A stretch of DNA of 34,674 nucleotides from a virus. Lineage: Duplodnaviria; Caudoviricetes. Shown piece by piece: positions 7,625-16,098 of this stretch (its first letter is position 1; every line of letters begins with the position of its first letter). The notes below the pieces were generated by a model. It did no database searches. It was not told where the DNA came from and worked only from the letters and a program-made list of their open reading frames with translations. Made by a program: the position numbers and the translations under genes. The DNA lies in the IMG/VR virus record IMGVR_UViG_3300032257_000074, positions 1 to 34,674 of that record. One strand, 5' to 3'.

Positions 7625-10585
7625 ATGATCAGAGGATACTCACCAGCCGCAATAACGGCACTAGGCCAAAACCCTGAATTTTACCATCTAGTAAAGTTCA
7701 ATTTTTCGACTCCGTTATATTACACAACCGCGCCACGTGATGTTTCCTATGATTCGCAAACATGGCTAAGTTCAGCGATCATCTCCAAAATACCTAGCAT
7801 TCCAGAATCATTATTCATTAAGCCTAATTCGATTAGTTTGACAATGGCTGGCGCGGCTTTGGTTAATCAGTCGCTTACCCTAACCGAAAAATTTAATAAT
7901 ACTGATGTTGAGATATACCGTTATATTGCTGCGACTAATGAGGCGGTTTTAGAGTGGAAAGGATTTATACAGAATTATAAAAGCACAGAAGATAAGCGTA
8001 AGGGTAAATCGGAAATTACGTGGAATTGTGCAAGCCATTGGAATAATTGGGAAACTAAAAACGGTCGAATTTTAACGGATGAAGCACAGCAAGAGTTATA
8101 CGCTGGCGATATTGGTTTAAATTGGATAGGCGTAACGGATGAATCCATTACTGATTGGGCGGAAGCAGACCCAGACAGAGGCGGAAGGCTAGAAAGGGCG
8201 GTTACTGGATTATTAGAGGGCGCTGGAACTATTATAGAGGGTGTCGCTGATTCAATAAGCAATGTTTTTAGCAATATAGGTAATTTATTCGGTGGCGGCG
8301 GCGGCGGCGGCGATCAACCTAGAGAGCTTGCAAAAGAAGATACCTATAACCTCGTAAAATACCCTTCAGATGTAAAGCGCCTACCTGTTTGCTATGGTGA
8401 TGCTAGAGTCAAAGGTATTCCAGTTTATAGAAGCTTAGACCCTGCGAATAAGGAAATGCTATATGTAGTGTATGCTATCTGTGAGGGCGAAATAGACTCT
8501 TTGACGGACGTACAATTTAAAGATGGCGAATCATACGACTCTACAAGATTGGCCTCTGTATGCACTAAAGTTGACTTTTATACAGGTACGACAGATCAAA
8601 CCTACAGCACAACAATGGGCGGCGTTTTTAGTGAATGGACAAGTGATTGCCGTTTGCGCGGTATTTCTTACTGCATAATGAAATATGAAAAAAGCGACGA
8701 ATGGCAAGGAGAGCCAACACCAGCATTTTTAGTCAAAGGTCGAAATATTTTAGATATTCGAACCGGCTTAACAGCGACTAATTTATCTAACCCCGTCCTA
8801 ATTGCTTATGATTACCTAACGAATGCGCTTTATGGTAAAGGATTAACGGTATCTGATACCTCTAGTTTTAGTGCTGGCGCTACATTGTGTGAAACTCAAG
8901 TTTATAACCATGATGCCAGCGGAACGGGTACTTATTCAGAAGCACAGGCATATATAAACTTATTAGAGTTTAACGGTGGTTTGATAACTGACAATCCTAT
9001 TAAAAATAATATGGAAAAAATATTATTTACAGCTAGGGGTTATCTGGCGTGGATTGGTGGCGATTACAAGTTGGTCATTGCTCAAACTGATGAAACATCA
9101 GTTTATAGTTTTAGTGAAGATAATATAACGGGCAATTTTGAAGTTGCAGAAATACCCTCTAATAAAAAGTTTAATCGCGTTTATTGTGAAATACTCGACC
9201 CTAGAGTAGCTTACAGGAAGGCTAGTTTTCAATCGAGCAGCGCACAGTTTTTATCAGATGATAATAATATACTCTCATACAGCATAGTAAATAATAACTT
9301 TGAAAATGACAGATACCGCGCTAAAAATAGAGCCGCTACTATTCTCAAGAAATCGCGCGAGGGGTTAAGGGTAAAATTAACAGCCGCTAACGCTGATGCG
9401 ATTCAAGTTGAAGTCGGTCAGATTGTCGATATAACCAGAGATTCGCAGGGATGGGAAAGTAAATTATTTAGAGTTATATCATTGAATATCGGAATGGATG
9501 CAACAGTATCATTCACCTTGGAAGAGTACGAGAGCAGCGTTTATGACTGGGATGTATCAGTTGAGCAAGTGCCGCCCGAAGATACCTTATTGCCTGATGT
9601 TAATACCGTTACAGCACCTACAGGATTAACAGCGGCTAGTGGTGCGACTCATCAAATTACTACCGATGACGGTGGCGCGGTTAATCGTATTTATGTTTCA
9701 TTTACTGCCAGTGTTGATGTGTACGTTGAAGGCTACGAGGTGCAATATAGGGCGGTGGGTGATACTAACTATATTCAGTTACCTACTCAAAACAGTATTG
9801 ATAATGTCACGCTTTATATTCCTAACGTAGATCAAGACCAAGAGTATGAAGTTAGGGTTAGATCATACAACGCGCAAGGCACTGTTTCTGCATGGGTAGC
9901 ACTAGGCGCGGCACATTCTGTAACAGGCACAACGGCGGTTGGTCGATTGGCTCAGATTCGCGGTGCTGATGCTTATGAGAATGATTCTATTTATTTTCAT
10001 ACTTTTTTCGATGGATATTCAGGGCTTGGCTTTGTCTCTGGAAACTCTAGCTTAATAATTACAGCAACAGTGTCCGTTTATCCATTAGTAAAAAGACGAT
10101 TTCCTTCGTCGATTGTTCCTATGTCATGGACAAAAAACAGAAGATTTAAAACAAGAGCCGGTATGCCGACGACTATGGCAAACTTAACAGGAAATTTAAG
10201 TTTTGGCATAGGCGATCAGCAAACAATATTGACAAGCAGCGGCATACATTTTGTGCTGAAATATAATGCAACATCTACAGATATAGATGTTTATGGCTCT
10301 GTTTCAAACGGAACAACAACCACAGAAACACTCATATCATCTATTGCAAACGCCTCATATGATATACATATGGAGGTCGTTTATACTGCAGGAACGAATG
10401 TTATTTTTTATTTTACTGGCACAAATCCCTCTCTTGTTGAAACAGATAGCACCTTAACTATAACTACTAATTTACCCGTTTCTGACGGCTCTAATGATAA
10501 CGCGTTAATGATAGAGTGTTCAAATACTTCGTCTGGAACGCTTGGCCTAACAGTTAGCGAATGGAAAACACTCCAAGAACAATAG
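7625..10585 (+). CDS. Baseplate hub / central tail tip protein (T5 pb3-like or lambda J-like) with FN3 and C-terminal beta-rich domain
   Basis: LPVCYG, YAICEGEI, LRGISY and NPVLIAYDYLTN..YGKG motifs; FN3 (APTGL...YEVQYR...YEVRVRSYN). Confidence 0.85.
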   Translation: MIRGYSPAAITALGQNPEFYHLVKFNFSTPLYYTTAPRDVSYDSQTWLSSAIISKIPSIPESLFIKPNSISLTMAGAALVNQSLTLTEKFNNTDVEIYRYIAATNEAVLEWKGFIQNYKSTEDKRKGKSEITWNCASHWNNWETKNGRILTDEAQQELYAGDIGLNWIGVTDESITDWAEADPDRGGRLERAVTGLLEGAGTIIEGVADSISNVFSNIGNLFGGGGGGGDQPRELAKEDTYNLVKYPSDVKRLPVCYGDARVKGIPVYRSLDPANKEMLYVVYAICEGEIDSLTDVQFKDGESYDSTRLASVCTKVDFYTGTTDQTYSTTMGGVFSEWTSDCRLRGISYCIMKYEKSDEWQGEPTPAFLVKGRNILDIRTGLTATNLSNPVLIAYDYLTNALYGKGLTVSDTSSFSAGATLCETQVYNHDASGTGTYSEAQAYINLLEFNGGLITDNPIKNNMEKILFTARGYLAWIGGDYKLVIAQTDETSVYSFSEDNITGNFEVAEIPSNKKFNRVYCEILDPRVAYRKASFQSSSAQFLSDDNNILSYSIVNNNFENDRYRAKNRAATILKKSREGLRVKLTAANADAIQVEVGQIVDITRDSQGWESKLFRVISLNIGMDATVSFTLEEYESSVYDWDVSVEQVPPEDTLLPDVNTVTAPTGLTAASGATHQITTDDGGAVNRIYVSFTASVDVYVEGYEVQYRAVGDTNYIQLPTQNSIDNVTLYIPNVDQDQEYEVRVRSYNAQGTVSAWVALGAAHSVTGTTAVGRLAQIRGADAYENDSIYFHTFFDGYSGLGFVSGNSSLIITATVSVYPLVKRRFPSSIVPMSWTKNRRFKTRAGMPTTMANLTGNLSFGIGDQQTILTSSGIHFVLKYNATSTDIDVYGSVSNGTTTTETLISSIANASYDIHMEVVYTAGTNVIFYFTGTNPSLVETDSTLTITTNLPVSDGSNDNALMIECSNTSSGTLGLTVSEWKTLQEQ

Positions 10586-11059
10586 CTAAAAATACACGCA
10601 GCTATTAAAAAATATAGACTGATGGTTGCTGTGATTGCTTCCGGTCATTTTCTCTAAAATATAATGAACTAATTCATGCCTATAAACTATTTTAGAATCG
10701 GTTTTATAGTTTGGGCTTTTTTCAGAAACCAATAAAATTAGATTAGGGCTTGAATAATAGCGCCCCTCTCTATCAGAATTTATTATTTTATCGGCAGTTA
10801 TAACCATTAAATCAGGATAAAAAGAAAGTCCATGTTCATTTATTTTTAATTTGTCATACCAGACACTAGATATACAGCTAAATACATTTTTTAGTTCTTG
10901 TTCTAACTCTATAGATGATAAGCCAATGCTATTTGATTTGTTTTTATACTCAATCCCTAGCGGTGTAATGAAATCATACTCAAAGCCATAACCATGATTA
11001 TTATTATCTACATCACAGCCGATTAAAAACATACTCATCATTAATATTAATATTTTCAT
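10586..11059 (-). CDS. Lipoprotein with HExxH metallopeptidase-like motif
   Basis: Lipobox FLIG-C at residue 15; YRHELVH motif plus downstream histidines; AGGAG RBS. Confidence 0.65.
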   Translation of the reverse strand: MKILILMMSMFLIGCDVDNNNHGYGFEYDFITPLGIEYKNKSNSIGLSSIELEQELKNVFSCISSVWYDKLKINEHGLSFYPDLMVITADKIINSDREGRYYSSPNLILLVSEKSPNYKTDSKIVYRHELVHYILEKMTGSNHSNHQSIFFNSCVYF

Positions 11060-11099
11060 TATTATTTTCTCCTGTTGAATTAACTATAGGCTAATAGAT

Positions 11100-11660
11100 T
11101 TAGTTTGTTTGTAAGGATTTTCTTAATTCTCTGTAATATTTTGTTATATCTCTAATATCATCGAGAGTAAGCTTTTGTGGTTCGTGGTAGGACTCTAGCC
11201 AGTTTACCTTATCAATGCCTATTCTTTCTATAAGTCGTGGCCTGTAGCCCGCTATGTTTCCTGATAGCGATAGATTGCAGTATTTATTGCACTGTAAAAA
11301 AATATTTAATTCATTAAACCTTAACTCGGGATGTGCGCCCCTTGTTTTATAGTGGCCTGCACAATATTGAATATCTGGTTTTGTAGTACCGCAACTGATA
11401 CAGGGTTTATTCTTATCTCTCTCTCTGATGTAAGCATTGCAGGCAATTTGAGCCTTATCTAATAAATAAGATCTATTGTTATTATTAAATTCTTTCAGCG
11501 CCTTGCGATTAACTTTTTTCTCAGCCTTAACAGCAATCGCTTTAGCTTCTCCACCATCTTCTATAGCGCAGTCAATAGAGCATGTTCTAGCTAGTGTGGT
11601 GAAGGGGGTGAATAGGTCGCCACAGGATTTACATTTTTTCCGCTTGGCAGGTTTAAGCAC
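11100..11660 (-). CDS. ninG: NinG/Rap-like recombination endonuclease
   Basis: CKSC...CSIDCA, NAYIRERD..KPCISCG, AGHY..RGAHPELRFNELN, QCNKYCN. Confidence 0.9.
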   Translation of the reverse strand: MLKPAKRKKCKSCGDLFTPFTTLARTCSIDCAIEDGGEAKAIAVKAEKKVNRKALKEFNNNNRSYLLDKAQIACNAYIRERDKNKPCISCGTTKPDIQYCAGHYKTRGAHPELRFNELNIFLQCNKYCNLSLSGNIAGYRPRLIERIGIDKVNWLESYHEPQKLTLDDIRDITKYYRELRKSLQTN

Positions 11661-11866
11661 TACCAGCCGCCAGCGTAGTCTTTTGGCTCTTTATCATTAG
11701 GGAGGGTATTATATTTAGTATTTTGAACTTCGATTATCTTATCGAAATCACATTCGCCATTCATACATACAATACATTTTTTGTATATTTCAATACAAGC
11801 TGATTGCTCGCTATCTAAAGGCCATTCTCTATGACATGTAGGGCAGGGCTTTAATTCATCACTCAT
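11660..11866 (-). CDS. Small Cys-rich protein with Lar-like N-terminus
   Basis: MSDELKPCPTC and a second CxxC. Confidence 0.55.
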   Translation of the reverse strand: MSDELKPCPTCHREWPLDSEQSACIEIYKKCIVCMNGECDFDKIIEVQNTKYNTLPNDKEPKDYAGGW

Positions 11867-11887
11867 AATCTATCTCCTTATTTAAAT

Positions 11888-12268
11888 CTATACATTTGGT
11901 GTCGGTAAATTCATGCCTAACTCATGCCCTATCTCAATAGTTCCATCAATCAGCAAAGAATAGCCATGTTTTTTTTCTGCCTCACTAGAGGGTATTTGCT
12001 CTAAATCATTGCCGTCTAAATCCTTGACTATTTCGACACCCATTATTTTAACCTTCAATACGTTTTTCATCTCTAGTGGCGTATAACCCAATTCTTTAGC
12101 CATGATTCCTATTAATACGTGCCAGAAAGCCCTTTGATTAGCTGTCTTATCGTCTTTAAACGGCTCAATAGTAACCTGCATTATATTATCACCCATACAC
12201 GCATTAACGGCTTCTAGTGCGCGTTTCTTGGCTATCACCCCATTGATGACTATGGTTTTATTAGTCAT
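11888..12268 (-). CDS. ninB: NinB/Orf-like recombination protein
   Basis: VTIEP....KTANQRAFWH motif; adjacent to ninG; likely start MTNK at 12268. Confidence 0.7.
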   Translation of the reverse strand: MTNKTIVINGVIAKKRALEAVNACMGDNIMQVTIEPFKDDKTANQRAFWHVLIGIMAKELGYTPLEMKNVLKVKIMGVEIVKDLDGNDLEQIPSSEAEKKHGYSLLIDGTIEIGHELGMNLPTPNV

Positions 12269-12420
12269 TAATAAATCGACCATGTATCGTTATGAAGTGG
12301 GATTTCTATACCCTTCATAACGTGCGGCAATAATTGAATAAGCTTATCAAATACGTGCGGCTTCATATCGTTATATTTACGGCTTCTAAGCTTGATTCGT
12401 CGTCGTTTAGTTATTCTCAT
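12268..12420 (-). CDS. 50-aa basic hypothetical protein (not in ORF track)
   Basis: MRITKRRRIKLRSRKY...TWSIY; TAATG overlaps at both ends. Confidence 0.6.
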   Translation of the reverse strand: MRITKRRRIKLRSRKYNDMKPHVFDKLIQLLPHVMKGIEIPLHNDTWSIY

Positions 12421-12719
12421 TACCAGTTATAAGTATCTGAATTATATTTCATCACAGAATAACAAATGCCCTTTGATGGGCTTGTCACTGACTCAGTTAC
12501 TCGCATAGTCTCATCATTAATGCTAATAACGTCACCGACTTTAATATATGAGGTGTTTGCTTCAAATATTGATTTGATTCTATCCTTATCGTTAATGTAA
12601 TCAGCAAAAGTATCACCATCAAAAGCATTAATGCTATGGTTAGTCTCTGCTAATAACTTAGGTGACGCCGCAACAACCGCACCCGCTAAAATTGATTTTA
12701 AAAAATTACGTCTTTTCAT
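12420..12719 (-). CDS. Protein with twin-arginine (Tat)-like signal peptide
   Basis: MKRRNFLKSILAGAVVAA; GAGG RBS. Confidence 0.65.
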   Translation of the reverse strand: MKRRNFLKSILAGAVVAASPKLLAETNHSINAFDGDTFADYINDKDRIKSIFEANTSYIKVGDVISINDETMRVTESVTSPSKGICYSVMKYNSDTYNW

Positions 12720-12739
12720 TTTTAATAACCTCTAAAAGA

Positions 12740-12804
12740 GCTAGGGGTTGGGGTTCCCCTAGCAAAAGCCCGAAGGCAGGAGTCGAAGGCATTGAGCGGC
12801 CTTC
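12740..12804 (-). promoter_or_regulatory. Three-hairpin structured intergenic element; last hairpin terminator-like
   Basis: Stems gaaggc/gccttc, gcc-ttcg-ggc and gctagggg/cccctagc followed by tctttt on the minus strand. Confidence 0.55.
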
Positions 12805-12815
12805 ACGCTTTGAAA

Positions 12816-13310
12816 CTATTTTATCGTTAAACCTCGTTTTCCATCTTCAATATGTGCACCTTCTGTTTTTAGTCCCGCATCAAGTTCTTTTTTAATGTCA
12901 TTTTTATCACAAGTTATAGTAGTTACTTTTTTTTGTAGTCGCTTTGGCAGCTTTTTAATATCGTCAATTATAACAACCTTTCTCGCTTTACTTAATGTGA
13001 TGGTAAATAGCTCACACTCTATCTTATTAATGCCAGTTTCAGACATATTAAAACGTAAATATTCTTTTATTCTATCTTGCTGATTTTGTAACACTTTGGC
13101 GCGATCATTAAGCCGTTTAACCTCGCTCTTAATACCGTCAATATCGGTATCTGTATTTCTAACAAGATACATAATTGCTTTCGCTTTATCATCAAATTCG
13201 CCTTGTATGCCTTCCATTGTATCGGCAATAGCGTTTTCTGGAATCTCATCACTGTTTAGTAACTCCTTTAATGATTGCATTTGTTCAGTTAGTTTATATA
13301 GCGTGGTCAT
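12816..13310 (-). CDS. Siphovirus Gp157 family protein
   Basis: MTTLYKL...EVKRL..R....N....IKEYL...GAHIE....LTIK pattern. Confidence 0.9.
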   Translation of the reverse strand: MTTLYKLTEQMQSLKELLNSDEIPENAIADTMEGIQGEFDDKAKAIMYLVRNTDTDIDGIKSEVKRLNDRAKVLQNQQDRIKEYLRFNMSETGINKIECELFTITLSKARKVVIIDDIKKLPKRLQKKVTTITCDKNDIKKELDAGLKTEGAHIEDGKRGLTIK

Positions 13311-13316
13311 TAGCTT

Positions 13317-13763
13317 TTATCCTTTTTTAGCAAAGTATTGCGTTTGCCAATTGGTTAATTTTTCATTTAATTTTATAAGAGTTGCGGGTGTAAATTTCTT
13401 GTTTTCAATAGGCATCCATATATTGGGTATGTCGTATAAATAGCGACCAATACCCCATAAAACAGCAGCGCGTTTGAATGCGCCAGAATATTGACCTTTT
13501 ACGCCCTCTATATTTGTTTGGTCTGCACCATTAGTTTTTGTTATCCAGTTGCCGTCGATAAGTATAGATATTTCGCAACACCCTTCAAACGGGTATCTAC
13601 ATTGCCATCCACCAGCGCCACAAGCGTCATCAAGTCGCTGCATAACGTCACGGCTGGTCAAATAGGCCAATGGTATAGCTTTACCATCATAAACAGCGCC
13701 TACACGCCATGATATTGATTTGGCGTCGAAAGGAGAGGCTAATAACTTAATCATGTCTTCCAT
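13317..13763 (-). CDS. Sak / Rad52-like single-strand annealing recombinase
   Basis: PF....ISWR, LAYLTSRDVMQRLD..CG..GW, KGQYSGAFKRAAVLWGIGRYLY. Confidence 0.9.
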   Translation of the reverse strand: MEDMIKLLASPFDAKSISWRVGAVYDGKAIPLAYLTSRDVMQRLDDACGAGGWQCRYPFEGCCEISILIDGNWITKTNGADQTNIEGVKGQYSGAFKRAAVLWGIGRYLYDIPNIWMPIENKKFTPATLIKLNEKLTNWQTQYFAKKG

Positions 13764-13771
13764 AATACCTC

Positions 13772-13924
13772 CTAAAATATCGGCTTTTTAATAATACGGT
13801 GATAAACAATATTCCACTCATTCTGTAAGCGGCGCATCTTTTCGGTTAATGTCTCATTCTTACCGTCAATATGATCTTGATAGTCTTGAGGTAGTTTATC
13901 GGGTGTTTTATTATCATTACTCAT
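13772..13924 (-). CDS. 50-aa hypothetical protein (not in ORF track)
   Basis: MSNDNKTPDKLPQDYQDH...KKPIF; GGAG RBS. Confidence 0.6.
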   Translation of the reverse strand: MSNDNKTPDKLPQDYQDHIDGKNETLTEKMRRLQNEWNIVYHRIIKKPIF

Positions 13925-14087
13925 TGTTACTTACTCCATTTAAAGACTTATAAGCATCTTTATATTGTTTAATAACCTCATCAGTTACCGGCAAAATATC
14001 TGCCAGTGCTTCGTGTGTCATGCCTTTGCTACGGTTATATTCATAGGCCGTATAAGTTAGATTATTGACTATTTCTGGAATTTTCAT
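13917..14087 (-). CDS. 56-aa hypothetical protein (not in ORF track)
   Basis: MKIPEIVNNLTYTAYEYNRSKGMTHEAL...; AGGAG RBS. Confidence 0.65.
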   Translation of the reverse strand: MKIPEIVNNLTYTAYEYNRSKGMTHEALADILPVTDEVIKQYKDAYKSLNGVSNNE

Positions 14088-14145
14088 TCTCTTAACTCCT
14101 GCTTGATTGTTTTATCAATTTATTATGTTATTGGTTGTAAAAATG

Positions 14146-14165
14146 CGGTTAAGGTCAATTAACCG
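14146..14165 (-). terminator. Possible intrinsic terminator
   Basis: cggttaa/ttaaccg stem followed by cattttt on the minus strand. Confidence 0.4.
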
Positions 14166-14329
14166 GCCTGCTTAGTGAGCAAAATACAGTCTTTGCCGTC
14201 ATCTTCAAATAAATCAGGGTCTAGCCCTTGCTGTCTCATTTGGTACTCATAAGCCTCAACAGAATCATCATCACCCGAACCATCAAAGCCTTCGCCATCG
14301 ATATAAAAACCATCATCATAATCACTCAT
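14159..14329 (-). CDS. 56-aa highly acidic protein (not in ORF track)
   Basis: MSDYDDGFYIDGEGFDGSGDDDSVEAYEYQMRQQGLDPDLFEDDGKDCILLTKQAG; 17 D/E versus 3 K/R. Confidence 0.65.
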   Translation of the reverse strand: MSDYDDGFYIDGEGFDGSGDDDSVEAYEYQMRQQGLDPDLFEDDGKDCILLTKQAG

Positions 14330-14456
14330 AACCAGCTACCTTTTTACATTTAGAAACGCCATCACAGATATAGATAGTTTCTTTCTCGCAATTTCCGCAA
14401 AACTCAGCATATCCATAAATCAGCATTAATATTAATAGTGTATAAATCCATTTCAT
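14322..14456 (-). CDS. 44-aa signal/TM peptide with four Cys (not in ORF track)
   Basis: MKWIYTLLILMLIYGYAEFCGNCEKETIYICDGVSKCKKVAGYE; first ORF after the leftward promoter. Confidence 0.55.
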   Translation of the reverse strand: MKWIYTLLILMLIYGYAEFCGNCEKETIYICDGVSKCKKVAGYE

Positions 14457-14489
14457 AATATTTTTTCCGTTTCGTTAGTTGATGAGTAG

Positions 14490-14518
14490 AGCTTAATTGA
14501 TAACTAGGCATTAGTCAA
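14490..14518 (-). promoter_or_regulatory. Leftward sigma70-type promoter
   Basis: TTGACT-17 nt-TAAGCT on the minus strand at the strand switch. Confidence 0.7.
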
Positions 14519-14595
14519 ACATTTTGTTGTATTTAATTCAATCATACCGTTTGTCCGGTTTATCTATATATAGCGTATTAATTCAAACAAAGCGT

Positions 14596-14623
14596 TTGCA
14601 TTGTTCGGTCATTACTGTATATT
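14596..14623 (+). promoter_or_regulatory. Rightward sigma70-type promoter
   Basis: TTGCAT-16 nt-TATATT upstream of ORF 14657. Confidence 0.6.
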
Positions 14624-14656
14624 AGTAACCATAGACAAACACAACGGAGAAAGACA

Positions 14657-14989
14657 ATGAGAGCAACAGCAGAAAGAATCGGGAAAAGCCAAAAAGAGCG
14701 CATTTTGATAGATGGTGAGGTTTTTCTAAAGTCCGTAAGCGTTGGCCGCTGGTCTTACATCGTTGTTATTAAAACAGCCAATAACGAATCAATAGGTAAA
14801 AGCGCAACAAAAGAAAACGCTGAGAAATGGCAGCCTCACGAAATGGTTAGTGATTCTTATAGACAGTATCGTGAAGAGTTCGAGGCAGCCGTAAAAAGAG
14901 GCGCTAAAGTAATCAGAAAGAATGGCTGTGTTTTTGCTAGAGAGCCTATTCCCTACACTAGAGAAATTTTTGCAATAGAGAGGGTTTAA
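14657..14989 (+). CDS. Hypothetical early protein
   Basis: 110-aa ORF with GGAG RBS. Confidence 0.7.
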   Translation: MRATAERIGKSQKERILIDGEVFLKSVSVGRWSYIVVIKTANNESIGKSATKENAEKWQPHEMVSDSYRQYREEFEAAVKRGAKVIRKNGCVFAREPIPYTREIFAIERV

Positions 14990-15124
14990 AACAATAGCGG
15001 GTATGAAGAGATGGATTAAATCTAACGAGGATCTTTCAGGATGTTGAATAAGCGTTGATTATTGGTGGAATGAAAAAGAAAAGGCGTTCTTTGCAGAGTT
15101 TGATTATAACGATTAGTAATTAAA

Positions 15125-15138
15125 GCCCCTTCGGGGGT
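15125..15138 (+). promoter_or_regulatory. cUUCGg hairpin (no U tract on the + strand)
   Basis: gcccc-ttcg-ggggt. Confidence 0.5.
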
Positions 15139-15149
15139 AAGGACTTAAG

Positions 15150-15359
15150 ATGAGTATAAATAGAGAATTAGACGCTTTATGGATAGATGAGGTTTATTTT
15201 TTTGCCGAAAGAATGGATCAATCGGAATCCGGCAGGATAATTGTTAAATCAAGTTTAATAGAAAAATACAGAAGGATGACCGGCGACTATTCAAGCGAAA
15301 ACACAGAAATAAAAAACCACCTCATTGATACAATGAATGCTTTAGATATACCAATATAA
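15150..15359 (+). CDS. Hypothetical protein
   Basis: 69-aa ORF with AAGGA RBS. Confidence 0.7.
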   Translation: MSINRELDALWIDEVYFFAERMDQSESGRIIVKSSLIEKYRRMTGDYSSENTEIKNHLIDTMNALDIPI

Positions 15360-15375
15360 CAATAAGGAAATAAAA

Positions 15376-15597
15376 ATGGCAGATTATCAGAAAACAATGA
15401 AATTACTAAAAAACTCAGCGGCTAGTTATAGTCAAATTGAGGATGACTTAGGCATCACTAAAGACCAGCTAACAAGGCTATCCAATTATAAGGTGGTACA
15501 TCCATGTAAAGATATGATTCAGTGTTTACATGATTATCTAGTGAGAGAAGTTAAGCACCGTATGAGACAGGCTAGGAAGTGTGGTGAAAAGAAATGA
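15376..15597 (+). CDS. Cro/XRE-like helix-turn-helix protein
   Basis: SYSQIEDDLGITKDQLTRLSN....HP....IQCL. Confidence 0.65.
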   Translation: MADYQKTMKLLKNSAASYSQIEDDLGITKDQLTRLSNYKVVHPCKDMIQCLHDYLVREVKHRMRQARKCGEKK

Positions 15598-15782
15598 TCT
15601 GCATACAGCTAACACCAGAAAACGAAAAACGCTGGTACGAACACTGCTTAATAGCTGTTGGCGTAAAACACTCGCCGCCCTTTTATACGGCAATGTGTAA
15701 AGCTTATATTAAAGCTTACAACATGCAGCACAGCGACGAACTACCGCCCATAAATAACGTAGATGGTGATAACAATGACTAA
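15594..15782 (+). CDS. Hypothetical protein
   Basis: ATGA overlap with the upstream gene. Confidence 0.6.
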   Translation: MICIQLTPENEKRWYEHCLIAVGVKHSPPFYTAMCKAYIKAYNMQHSDELPPINNVDGDNND

Positions 15783-16098
15783 ACCAAACGAAGTGACAGA
15801 AGAAGATATAAAAATTCTATTCGGTATTATTGATGGGTTTTCATATCGACAATCGACTTTAGAAGATGCTAAAAATAATTTAAGTAAACTTTCTGAATAT
15901 TACCAAGCCAGCCGGACTGAGTGGGTGAGTGAAGAAATTATAAGAATTAGAGATTTAGCTGATAGTCAGATAGAGCTTAATACTTGTAATTACGATGATG
16001 AGGACGTTCTTAAACTGAATGATGAGGCGATAGATATTTACTTTGCACTAAATGAGTTAGTTAAAAAGATATGTTTGCCACCAAGCAAGGGGGAGTGA
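15775..16098 (+). CDS. Hypothetical protein with DUF551-like EWVS and LPP.K boundary motifs
   Basis: RTEWVSEE...CLPPSKGE. Confidence 0.55.
   Translation: MTKPNEVTEEDIKILFGIIDGFSYRQSTLEDAKNNLSKLSEYYQASRTEWVSEEIIRIRDLADSQIELNTCNYDDEDVLKLNDEAIDIYFALNELVKKICLPPSKGE

Noticed and set aside
596-9830. Antisense or alternate-frame ORFs in the tail module (e.g. 596-811, 1003-1200, 1757-2011, 5692-5955, 7975-8274, 9639-9830)
   Set aside because: They overlap well-supported genes and have no RBS or motifs; shadow ORFs
11476-13712. Plus-strand ORFs inside the leftward operon
   Set aside because: Shadows of ninG, gp157 and Sak
14631-14650. Degenerate sixth repeat copy (caaacacaacggaga)
   Set aside because: Partial match only; explainable as an A/C-rich leader plus SD
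14982-14988. GGGTTTA slippery site extending ORF 14657
   Set aside because: The heptamer is not in the required register, and the downstream frame is +1 with an internal stop
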